NCBI GenBank assembly: GCA_002429595.1
Contig: DJAM01000086.1
Location: forward strand, 4,277 to 68,276
DNA from: Coxiellaceae bacterium UBA6002
GTDB lineage: Bacteria; Pseudomonadota; Gammaproteobacteria; UBA6002
Reading direction: 5' to 3'
DNA length: 64,000 nucleotides
The translations under genes and the position numbers were made by a program. Under the pieces are notes generated by a model. The model saw only the letters and a list, made by a program, of their open reading frames with translations. It searched no databases and was not told the DNA's origin. Numbering within the stretch: the stretch's first letter is position 1; every line of letters starts with the position of its first letter. Positions 51,657-60,212 of this stretch are shown here, piece by piece.

Positions 51657-52448
51657 TTATCCTTTCGGTACTGGCGGATTTGCAATAGCCTCGTGTAATT
51701 TTTCACCAGCCTTTGCTAATTCGGGGTAGGCATGTTTTAACTCTTTAATAGCAGAATTAATCACCTGAATAAGGTCTCGATTTGCTAGATCATGCTCCTC
51801 ATAAAGTTTCTGACATGCAAAAGCAGCATCGCAGAGATGGCGCATAAAGATGATAATTAATCCACGTGGCATTGTATCGGGGCTGCCAATTTGGGAACGA
51901 ACAACCTCGATATCCTTTTTAAGGACCTTAGCAATCTCAAGCTCATTCTTAATGACTGTATAGGGTATTTGACCCTGATAGAAAGCAGAAACTCTACCTT
52001 GGGGCTTTTCAACCTCAATGAATGGATTGGGAGAAAGGTCGTTGATGAGGGCGTCAAGCAGTAAAATATAATGACTAGAATGATTTAGGGTAAATGCATC
52101 GATTGAGCCTTGAATTAGAACATGGTGCCTTCGAATATTAAAAGCAAGCTCATAGAAGTTCTCTAAATAAGAGCTAAAAAATGTCTCGATTAGATTTTTT
52201 TCTTCAAGCGATACCCGCAAATTGGATTCATTAAAAGTAATTTCAAATGCTTGCAGTACCTCTAATAAAGTAGTGATTTCATTGCCTCTTTTCGTTTGTT
52301 GCAGACCATTTAACTCATGTACAAAACTGTCCGTTTCGTTTGGGTATTTGCTTCGTAGGATCTGTGATAAAGGCGGTAGGTCTAGAGAGGATAGGATTGA
52401 GGAGACCAAAGTAATGTCAGGCTTTAAGTTGTGAATTTCTTTTGCCAT
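51657..52448 (-). CDS. hypothetical protein (no recognisable domain) inserted in the rsmA-apaG-apaH cluster
   Basis: 263-aa ORF abutting the apaG start. Helical, no TM segment or signal peptide. Confidence 0.4.
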   Translation of the reverse strand: MAKEIHNLKPDITLVSSILSSLDLPPLSQILRSKYPNETDSFVHELNGLQQTKRGNEITTLLEVLQAFEITFNESNLRVSLEEKNLIETFFSSYLENFYELAFNIRRHHVLIQGSIDAFTLNHSSHYILLLDALINDLSPNPFIEVEKPQGRVSAFYQGQIPYTVIKNELEIAKVLKKDIEVVRSQIGSPDTMPRGLIIIFMRHLCDAAFACQKLYEEHDLANRDLIQVINSAIKELKHAYPELAKAGEKLHEAIANPPVPKG

Positions 52449-52631
52449 TTCGCCGTCTCAAGGTTAGCTGTAGTCTCTAGACTATGGGTTAGCTACAAAC
52501 ACAGCGGGTACATTTAAGTTACACGTCGCGACCAGTAATCACGGTTCTCCTTAACTCTTTTGTATTAATCAGCGGGACGCCGCCAGTTTATTTATTAATT
52601 ATAGTAGGGATGAGAATAATTATACGGAAAG

Positions 52632-53075
52632 CTATTCGGATTTAATTCGAACAGCTAAGACATCACAATTGGCTGAGTGTAAAATGGCATTAGCAACAGA
52701 TCCAAGGAGAAGTTCAACACCACTGTGACCATGGCTGCCCACGATAATCAAATCAACATTCAATTGCTTAGCGAGCTCTAAAACTTCTTTTTTTACAGAA
52801 CCATGCCCCACGAATTGATTGTCCGCGCTAATACCATAACGATCACCCACTTCGGCTAACGCTTTTCTCACATTGTGACTGAGATGCTCTTCAAGATTCA
52901 TATCAAGGGGAATTGAGAACTCACCACCGCCATAAACGACGGGAGTATGTTCAATTACGTGGACTATGCTTAATTTAGCATTTGAACGCTTTGCAATCGT
53001 AAGCGCAGTGTCTGCCACAGTTGCAAAGTCATCAGATAAGTCTGTAGCAATTAAAATGTGTTTGTAACTTAGCAT
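52632..53075 (-). CDS. universal stress protein (UspA family)
   Basis: Usp fold blocks (YKHILIATDLS..., GSHGHSG...VL). The start is trimmed to ATG 53075 (RBS AAGGAAG); the track start 53111 lies in the repeat cluster. Confidence 0.75.
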   Translation of the reverse strand: MLSYKHILIATDLSDDFATVADTALTIAKRSNAKLSIVHVIEHTPVVYGGGEFSIPLDMNLEEHLSHNVRKALAEVGDRYGISADNQFVGHGSVKKEVLELAKQLNVDLIIVGSHGHSGVELLLGSVANAILHSANCDVLAVRIKSE

Positions 53076-53100
53076 AAACTCTTCCTTGTTATGATGTTTG

Positions 53101-53220
53101 AACCCCCTCACCCCAACCCTCCCCCACGAAGTGGGGGAGAGGTTGTAAAAAATTCTAAGTTCTTCGCCTCTTTTATTCCCTCTCCCGCTTGCGGGAGAGG
53201 GTTAGGGTTAGGGTGAGGGT
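53101..53220. repeat. Repeat family A cluster, nested arrangement: CCCTCACCC [CTCCCCCAC-GAA-GTGGGGGAG] ... [CCCTCTCCCGC-TTGC-GCGGGAGAGGG] ... GGGTGAGGG
   Basis: Read directly. Same modules as 23598..23692. Lies between rsmA and uspA. Confidence 0.5.
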
Positions 53221-53223
53221 CTT

Positions 53224-53997
53224 TTACAATATATTACTCATTCTAACATAATTCTCTAAAGAGATTTGTTCTGGTCTTAGCATGAGATTTATTCCTAAAT
53301 CATTCAGCTGCTCAATCGAAATTAAACCTTTTAGTGCGTTGCTGATGGTTTTTCGGCGCATGGCAAAAGCTTTTTTAACCACATGGTCCAATGCTTCGAT
53401 GCTATTCGCTTTAAGGGCGGGTGTCTTTGGAGTTAGGCGTACAAAGCTAGAATGCACTTTCGGTGCAGGTTGAAAACAATGAGGTGGCACTGACACTAGG
53501 ATTTCGACGTCACAATGATATTGTGCCATGATGGTGAGCCTTCCGTATTGTTTAGAATTTGGCGAGGCTGCTAAACGTTGGGCTACTTCTTGCTGTAGCA
53601 TAAAGTGCATATCAATAATCAGTTCTTTTTGATCAAGAAGATGAAATAACAAGGGTGTTGAAATATTGTAGGGGAGATTGCCGACGACTCGAAGTGAATT
53701 TGGTGCCTGTGTAATATTATGCAAATCAAATTTTAAAATATCTTCTTGATGTATTGTTAAGTTACCGAGATCGTTAGCTTTTTTAAACAAGATCGGAATA
53801 AGGTCTTTATCCAATTCAACTGCATCGATTTGTTTGACCAAAGGTAAGAGTGGAATGGTAATTGCTCCCATGCCTGGTCCAATTTCAACTAAATGATCTT
53901 GGGGGCTAGGAGCAATGGCGCATAGAAGTTTGTCGATAATAAAACTATCAACCAGAAAATTTTGACCAAACCTTTTTTTTGCTTTGGCTTCGCTCAC
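53224..53997 (-). CDS. rsmA: 16S rRNA (adenine1518/1519-N6)-dimethyltransferase
   Basis: 257 aa, SAM-binding VEIGPGMGAIT and the KsgA blocks. Confidence 0.9.
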   Translation of the reverse strand: MSEAKAKKRFGQNFLVDSFIIDKLLCAIAPSPQDHLVEIGPGMGAITIPLLPLVKQIDAVELDKDLIPILFKKANDLGNLTIHQEDILKFDLHNITQAPNSLRVVGNLPYNISTPLLFHLLDQKELIIDMHFMLQQEVAQRLAASPNSKQYGRLTIMAQYHCDVEILVSVPPHCFQPAPKVHSSFVRLTPKTPALKANSIEALDHVVKKAFAMRRKTISNALKGLISIEQLNDLGINLMLRPEQISLENYVRMSNIL

Positions 53998-54004
53998 AAA
54001 ACTT

Positions 54005-54961
54005 CTAATTCATTATTTTGACATAGGATTCTTGTCGTAACTTATCAGTGAATTCTTTTACACCGTCAGTCATTTTTTGTTGGAACACTAAGTTCTTAAG
54101 GTCGGCATCTGACAATTTATGATTGTCACCTTTGGCGTCAACTAATTGTAAGATATGAAAACCATTTGGTGCTTGTACTGGAGAACTTACAGACTTAACA
54201 CTCATTCCTGCAACTTTAGCTTGGAAAATAGAAGGTAATTCCCCTAACGAGCGCCAGCCAAGGTCATTATTTTGAGCGTAAGGATATTGTTTTAAAATCT
54301 CTTCAATTGATTTGCCTTTTTGAAGTGACGTAACAACTTCATTAGCTTGCTTGCGTAAACTGTCAACTTGAGTTGTCGATGCGGCTTCGGTAATTGGCAT
54401 GACGACATCAATGACATGAAATGCACTGTAACCATTCAATTTATCTTTGTTTTCGCGTACAAATTTTTTCACATCTTCTGGGGTTACTGTCACTGTTCTA
54501 GCAACTTCGTCTTGTTGTAACTTTTGCATTGCGATTTGATCTTTGAGATTCTTTTTATAGTTATCAAATGTTAAACCTTGTTGTGCAAGAGCACCTTTTA
54601 ATTGGTCTAGCCCGATATTATTCATTTTAAGAATTTTATCGATGGCTTTATTAACGTCATCATCACTAGCTGTGATGTTCCGTGATTCGCACAATTGTAG
54701 GGTTAATTTTTTAGCGATCAAGCCATCCAAAATTTTGCTACGTAATTCACCTGGAGGAGGTAAGGGTTGGTTGGATTGTTCCATGGTTTTTCGAACATGA
54801 TCAATTTCTGTATTTAACTGTGATTGCGTAATCACCTCACGATTGACAATAGCGACGATTTTATCGAGTTTAGTAAAGCCACTCGATTTCGAAGCGTTAG
54901 ACTGTGCGTTAACTCCTGCACATGCCAGGATTAAAAGCAATAGAATACTCGCTCTCTTCAT
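54005..54961 (-). CDS. surA: SurA-like periplasmic chaperone/peptidyl-prolyl isomerase (single parvulin domain)
   Basis: Signal peptide, SurA N-terminal domain, one parvulin domain. 318 aa. Conserved position next to lptD. Confidence 0.7.
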   Translation of the reverse strand: MKRASILLLLILACAGVNAQSNASKSSGFTKLDKIVAIVNREVITQSQLNTEIDHVRKTMEQSNQPLPPPGELRSKILDGLIAKKLTLQLCESRNITASDDDVNKAIDKILKMNNIGLDQLKGALAQQGLTFDNYKKNLKDQIAMQKLQQDEVARTVTVTPEDVKKFVRENKDKLNGYSAFHVIDVVMPITEAASTTQVDSLRKQANEVVTSLQKGKSIEEILKQYPYAQNNDLGWRSLGELPSIFQAKVAGMSVKSVSSPVQAPNGFHILQLVDAKGDNHKLSDADLKNLVFQQKMTDGVKEFTDKLRQESYVKIMN

Positions 54962-54965
54962 TTTG

Positions 54966-57437
54966 TTACCCCTTGAAATTATCTACATATCCAAAAATGC
55001 TACTGGTTAATAAACCACCCGGATCACTTATACCAACATTACCCAGGCCTTTAAGTTGGAGTTGTACATAAACATTAGTTTGGTAGGTGGTAAGGTCATT
55101 TATATTTTCTGCAGTGAGTATACGACTTGCCACAAACCTTACAGCCCAACAACAACTATCGTATTGGAAGCCATAGAAGTAAGCTTGGTTATGACCATGG
55201 CTTAAATTGTAATTCCAACTCGCTAAAGCTTGCCAGTGATCGTTTAATTGCCACGCAGTGGCTAAGCTAATGCGATTTAAATTACCTTTGCTGGTATTTA
55301 GCGCGTAAGTCGTGAGTGTATCGCCTTTTCGAACAAAGTCATATCCTATGTTAAAAATATGTTTGCAGTCGGGATGATAGTGGAAGCGGATCGATGCATT
55401 ATTTAGTCCTTGATCATAAGGGTTATAGGCGGCGGCTGCCACGCCATTCCATGCATCATTGAAATTGTAATTCAGCTCTGCAACCAAGGGTGAGAGTGTT
55501 TCATTAACATAAAAATCGTTGCGTTGATCCGAGGTTAGACTAACTCGTGGTGGTTGTAAATATAGGGTTTGACCGATGCTGGCGCGGAAGCGTTGAAAAC
55601 CGGTACAACTATTTAAGAATCGAGTTGTTAGGGCAAACGAAACTTGATTCGCATCACCTAAGCGGTCATAACCGACAAAACGATTGATTCGAAATAATTG
55701 CTCAAAACCAAAAGAAGGCAGCGTGGTGTCAAAGAGTGGGAAATTATTTTGATTTTGATAGGGTACGTAGAGATAAAAAACCCGGGGCTCGAGGGTCTGA
55801 GTATAGTGGGCATATTGTCTTTCAAAATAAATTCCAGTATCGATTGAGAAAATCGGTAAGACACGGGATACATGTTCTTGTTGCCAATTATGTAAATCAT
55901 AAAAAGTAGCATCAAGGAGAAGTTTTGGCGTAAAAAAACTATAAGCTGTGATGAAGGGGATGCTCAAACTGGGCTGCAGATGTAAACGTTGTCCTGTTAC
56001 GGCAATTGGTGTATTGAAAATATTGTTTGGAATCTCGAAATATTGGTACTCACCATTGATTTGATACGCTAAGCGATTGGGAAATTCAGGGAAGTCACTT
56101 CGAAAAAATAATTGAGGCAGTCGAGAATATTGGTTAAGGATAGGTTGTTGATTGATAGGATGTAAGGTTTGAAACGTTTGTAAACGGCCTAAAAACCGCC
56201 AACAATCCGATGCATAATTAACCTCAGCTTGATTAAGAAGTTGATCTGTACTGCTGTAGAATGGATTATAAGCAAAATTTTGAAGGTAGTAGTCATCTGT
56301 CACGTAACTTAAATTAACATTACCCCACCAGTGCTCATTCCAAACTGTACTATCGTTGAAAGAAATTAATCCCCGGCTATTGCTTGAATGCGCGATTCGG
56401 TCCAGAAACGGTTGCGTAGCTGGATTAACACCATAGACTTGAGCGGCTGTTCTTCTAAATTCGGCAAAAACAATATCGTAGGGTAAAAATTCTAGATTAA
56501 AGTTACCTGCGCTAGTGCAAGTAATATAGCGAAAATGTGCCTCCAATTGAGCACCACGACGATAAATAAAATTCGGACTGATCGTCGCATCAAAATTAGG
56601 CGCTAAATTGAGATAATATGGAAAATTAATGTGAAAGCCATTGGTATTAGAATAGCCAGCAGTTGGGAATAAAAAACCAGTTTTTCGTCTTTTATCAATA
56701 GGGAACGAAAAATAAGGTATCCATAGCAATGGTAAGTCATGCACCAATAAGAAGGTGTGGTATGCTTCACCCCGTCCTTGATCTCTATCAAGATGCAATC
56801 GCTTAGCAATCACTTGCCAGGTCGGTCGTATGGGAGGGCAAGTGGTATAACTCGCGTCAGTGAGCAAAATATCACTATTTGAGCGTCGTATAACGCGCTT
56901 AGCCTGTCCCCAGGAATTCAATATCTCTCGTCGAGTGGGTTTGACCAATCGATAAAGCGCCTCATCCAGTTGCACGTATTTTTCCTGCAAATCCATAAAG
57001 ACCACATCGGATACTAAATGCTTCCCTGATTCGTAATAATGGACATTACCTTGAAGCAGAATCTGGCGAATTTCTTTCGTAGTGGGATCGCGGTACAGAG
57101 TCGCCTTGTCAGCGGTCATCTTGCGGCCGGGTTGAGTCAGTACAACATTACCTTCTATTTGTGAAGTACCTTCGGCTGAATAAGAGAGAGTTCTATCCGC
57201 GGTAATCGTGGTTGGTGCTTCATCAAGATCAACGGGGTTAGCACAACTTAGTACGATCGCGGGCTCTTGATAAACCCCTCCGCAAAGGTTTTGACCGGTT
57301 GGCACCCATCCTAAAGTATTGGCGATTTCATGAGGAGGTAGTGTATTTCGAATCAAACATGGAAATGCCAATGCAGGTAGACAAAAACTACTGCCGAGTA
57401 AAACAAACAGCTTTTTAAGGGAATTATATTTCGTCAC
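54966..57437 (-). CDS. lptD: LPS-assembly outer-membrane protein LptD
   Basis: 823 aa, signal peptide, OstA-like N-terminal domain and a large beta-barrel. Adjacent to surA. GTG start at 57437, directly abutting the repeat element. Confidence 0.85.
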   Translation of the reverse strand: MTKYNSLKKLFVLLGSSFCLPALAFPCLIRNTLPPHEIANTLGWVPTGQNLCGGVYQEPAIVLSCANPVDLDEAPTTITADRTLSYSAEGTSQIEGNVVLTQPGRKMTADKATLYRDPTTKEIRQILLQGNVHYYESGKHLVSDVVFMDLQEKYVQLDEALYRLVKPTRREILNSWGQAKRVIRRSNSDILLTDASYTTCPPIRPTWQVIAKRLHLDRDQGRGEAYHTFLLVHDLPLLWIPYFSFPIDKRRKTGFLFPTAGYSNTNGFHINFPYYLNLAPNFDATISPNFIYRRGAQLEAHFRYITCTSAGNFNLEFLPYDIVFAEFRRTAAQVYGVNPATQPFLDRIAHSSNSRGLISFNDSTVWNEHWWGNVNLSYVTDDYYLQNFAYNPFYSSTDQLLNQAEVNYASDCWRFLGRLQTFQTLHPINQQPILNQYSRLPQLFFRSDFPEFPNRLAYQINGEYQYFEIPNNIFNTPIAVTGQRLHLQPSLSIPFITAYSFFTPKLLLDATFYDLHNWQQEHVSRVLPIFSIDTGIYFERQYAHYTQTLEPRVFYLYVPYQNQNNFPLFDTTLPSFGFEQLFRINRFVGYDRLGDANQVSFALTTRFLNSCTGFQRFRASIGQTLYLQPPRVSLTSDQRNDFYVNETLSPLVAELNYNFNDAWNGVAAAAYNPYDQGLNNASIRFHYHPDCKHIFNIGYDFVRKGDTLTTYALNTSKGNLNRISLATAWQLNDHWQALASWNYNLSHGHNQAYFYGFQYDSCCWAVRFVASRILTAENINDLTTYQTNVYVQLQLKGLGNVGISDPGGLLTSSIFGYVDNFKG

Positions 57438-57439
57438 TG

Positions 57440-57621
57440 TATACCCGTAGGGGATGATTTCTAGGTGTTAGGAAGGACATCTTACTTCGACCTTGGCTTT
57501 TTTTCATCACAAAAAATGCTCGAAAGACAGTGAGTATTCCTGTGCTTTTTTGTGATGAAAAAAAACCAATCTCTCGCATGCTGTCCTTCCTAACACCTAG
57601 AAATCATCCCCTACGGGTATA
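57440..57621. mobile_element. Miniature inverted-repeat element, copy 2 (182 bp, perfect 37-bp TIRs TATACCCGTAGGGGATGATTTCTAGGTGTTAGGAAGG)
   Basis: Perfect terminal inverted repeats read directly. The interior is ~88% identical to copy 1 at 10417..10600. Confidence 0.6.
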
Positions 57622-57743
57622 TTGTTCTTTATATCCGTGTGATGGCCTCAAATGGTACTCACTTAAAAGATATTTGGCTACACACCGATTCAAATCAACG
57701 AAAAAAAACAGTACAGTACAGTAAAACAAAAAGGCGAAAGACG

Positions 57744-58778
57744 ATGAACTTAGCGCAAAGAACAACAAATCTAACAGCGTGGGTTAACAAATTTATCCAA
57801 GTTAAAGATTTGTCCCCTATTCCCGGCGATGCGAGTGCTCGACGGTATTTTAGGGTTACCACGAATGAAACCTCATTAATTGCAGTTGATGCTCCACCTC
57901 AAACAGAAAAAAATCCAGCCTTTGTGGCTGTCGCCAAATCTATGGCGGCACAAGGTTTGCGAGTGCCAGACGTCATACAAGTCGATTACGAGCAAGGTTT
58001 TTTGCTGCTTAGCGACTTAGGAAATACTCAGCTTTTATCGGTACTGAACGAACGCAACGTCGAGCAACATTATGATCAGGCTTTCCAAGATCTCATTAAA
58101 TTACAAACATGTAGTCTGGATCAGGATTATCAATTACCTCATTTTGACGCTTCATTTATTTTAGAAGAATTAAATCGTTTTCAGGATTGGTATCTAGATC
58201 GTCACTTAAATCTGACGTTATCTTCAAAAGAACAACTATTGTTACAAGAAACCTATCAATTCTTAATCGATCAAGCGGTAGCACAACCACAAGTATTTGT
58301 TCATAAAGATTACCACTCGCGTAATTTAATGTTGCAAGCGGATGGCCAATTAGGAATATTGGATTTCCAAGATGCAGTGCTAGGACCGCTTAGCTATGAT
58401 CTTACTTCTTTGCTTCGAGATTCTTATGTTCAGTGGCCCTGCGAGCAAGTTTATCGATGGGTTGCAGAGTTTTGGCAACTGTTGCCAAACCAACACCGAC
58501 AAAGCCAGTCATATGAACAATTCCAACATCAATTTGACTGGATAGGTTTGCAACGTCATATTAAGAACTTAGGTATTTTTGCTCGCTTATTTCGTCGAGA
58601 TAACAAAGATAATTATTTAAAAGATATTCCAACCTTACTTGATTACGTTTTAAAAGTTAGCGATCGATATCCCGAACTTCGGGCTTTTAATAATTTTCTA
58701 ACTACAAGAGTATTGCCACATGAGAGCCATGATATTAGCGGCCGGGCGAGGAACGCGATTGCGTCCGTTGACGGATGA
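57744..58778 (+). CDS. amgK: aminoglycoside-phosphotransferase-fold sugar kinase, AmgK-like (anomeric MurNAc/GlcNAc kinase)
   Basis: PIPGDASARRYFRV N-terminal motif and the catalytic HKDYHSRNLM loop. Divergent from lptD and followed by a MurU-like gene, as in Pseudomonas. The start is moved to ATG 57744 (RBS AAGGCGAAAG); the track start lies in the repeat. Confidence 0.6.
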   Translation: MNLAQRTTNLTAWVNKFIQVKDLSPIPGDASARRYFRVTTNETSLIAVDAPPQTEKNPAFVAVAKSMAAQGLRVPDVIQVDYEQGFLLLSDLGNTQLLSVLNERNVEQHYDQAFQDLIKLQTCSLDQDYQLPHFDASFILEELNRFQDWYLDRHLNLTLSSKEQLLLQETYQFLIDQAVAQPQVFVHKDYHSRNLMLQADGQLGILDFQDAVLGPLSYDLTSLLRDSYVQWPCEQVYRWVAEFWQLLPNQHRQSQSYEQFQHQFDWIGLQRHIKNLGIFARLFRRDNKDNYLKDIPTLLDYVLKVSDRYPELRAFNNFLTTRVLPHESHDISGRARNAIASVDG

Positions 58779-59391
58779 CACACCTAAACCACTGCTTAAA
58801 GTAGGAGAATTCTCGTTAATTGAGCATCTCATACTGAATCTAAAAAAACACGGCTTCACTGAAATCGTCGTTAACGTCGCTTATTTGCGCGATAAAATCA
58901 TCAGCGCGATAGGAAATGGCGATAAATATGGCGTTGCAATCAGCTATTCGTATGAAGAAGCCGATGGCTTAGAGACTGGCGGCGGAATCGTCAATGCCAT
59001 GCCCATACTAGGCTCAAAACCATTCCTAGTCGTCAGCGGTGACATTTGGACTCAATATCCTTTTAGTAATTTGAAGTCCAAAAAGCTCGAAGCATTGGCT
59101 CATTTAGTACTTGTGGATAATTTTAAAGAACGCCAAGCGGGAGATTTTTATTTGCTAAATGGTCGACTACATGGTGATACAGGAACTCGACTGACTTTTG
59201 GGAATATCGGCGTCTATCATCCAGATTTTTTTGCAGACTGTGTGCCCGGCTTTTTTAAATTGGGACCTCTGCTAGAAAAAGCAGCTCATAGCAATCAAAT
59301 TACTGCTGAACATTTTCAAGGCGAATGGGAAAATATTGGAACGCCTGAAGCGCTAACGGCACTTCGAAAACGAATTGCTGCTACTGTATAA
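58720..59391 (+). CDS. murU: sugar-phosphate nucleotidyltransferase, MurU-like (MurNAc-1-P uridylyltransferase)
   Basis: MRAMILAAGRGTRLRPLTDDTPKPLL N-terminal nucleotidyltransferase signature. 223 aa. Overlaps the 3' end of the kinase gene. Confidence 0.65.
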   Translation: MRAMILAAGRGTRLRPLTDDTPKPLLKVGEFSLIEHLILNLKKHGFTEIVVNVAYLRDKIISAIGNGDKYGVAISYSYEEADGLETGGGIVNAMPILGSKPFLVVSGDIWTQYPFSNLKSKKLEALAHLVLVDNFKERQAGDFYLLNGRLHGDTGTRLTFGNIGVYHPDFFADCVPGFFKLGPLLEKAAHSNQITAEHFQGEWENIGTPEALTALRKRIAATV

Positions 59392-60061
59392 TGTTTTGAA
59401 TCCAGCGACTAATATCCTCAATTTCCTCAGCACAAACACTGTGACCCATTGGGTATTCTTTCCATGTGGTAGGGTAGTCAAGCTTTGTTAAAAGCTCGTA
59501 GCTGATTTTACCGAATTGATAAGGAACAATATTATCTTGTGTGCCATGGGCTAAGAAAAGAGGAAGTTTTGAATTCTCACTGTGTTTTTCAGCCGAAATA
59601 AAGTCTGCTAAGGGGACGTAAGTGGATAGACCGATCGAGCCGGCCAATTTTTGCGGGTATCGAAGGGCTAAATGAAGTGCTAATGCACCGCCCTGAGAAA
59701 ATCCACCAACGATAATCCTTTCGCTTGCAATGCCGCTTTGAATTGTTTTATCAATCAATTGATTGACTAATTGCTCTGCTCTGCGAATGCCTGCTTCATC
59801 CTGATTAGCATTTCGATCAAGTCCCAAAATATCAAACCAAGCCCGCATCGGAAAACCACCATTAATACTCACTGGTTGTACCGGGGCATGAGGAAATAAA
59901 AACTTAACGCGAAGTTTTTCTGGAAGTCGCAATTCTGACACTAGGCTCTCGAAATTGTGCCCGTCGGCGCCTAGACCGTGTAACCAGATAATGCTAGAAT
60001 CTGGGGCATTACTGGTGCTCACTTCAACAAATTCTAATGCTTGCATGTCGTTTCCAGGCAA
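59381..60061 (-). CDS. phospholipase/carboxylesterase-family alpha/beta hydrolase
   Basis: 226 aa, GFSQGG nucleophile elbow, typical esterase length. Confidence 0.7.
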   Translation of the reverse strand: MPGNDMQALEFVEVSTSNAPDSSIIWLHGLGADGHNFESLVSELRLPEKLRVKFLFPHAPVQPVSINGGFPMRAWFDILGLDRNANQDEAGIRRAEQLVNQLIDKTIQSGIASERIIVGGFSQGGALALHLALRYPQKLAGSIGLSTYVPLADFISAEKHSENSKLPLFLAHGTQDNIVPYQFGKISYELLTKLDYPTTWKEYPMGHSVCAEEIEDISRWIQNIIQ

Positions 60062-60212
60062 TTAAGATTATGTTAATACAATTTTGTTATCATCATAACA
60101 GGACTATTATAAGTCTCAAAATTTAACAATAGTTAACTACCCTCTCCCGCGAGCGGGAAAAAATTGTATTTTATTATGTAAAATTTTTGGGTAGAGTGCG
60201 GAGTTTTAGACA

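Noticed and set aside
52640-52660. tRNA-like TTCGAAC box (GGATTTAATTCGAACAGC)
   Set aside because: No acceptor/anticodon cloverleaf can be drawn from the flanking sequence, and it lies inside the usp coding 3' end.
57530-57724. 64-aa ORF (MSIPVLFCDEKKPISRML...) and the homologous N-terminal stretch of the 10530 ORF (MMKKSQISRKLS...)
   Set aside because: Both lie entirely inside the two MITE copies and translate the palindromic core (FCDEKK/HHKKA). They are repeat-derived ORFs, not genes.
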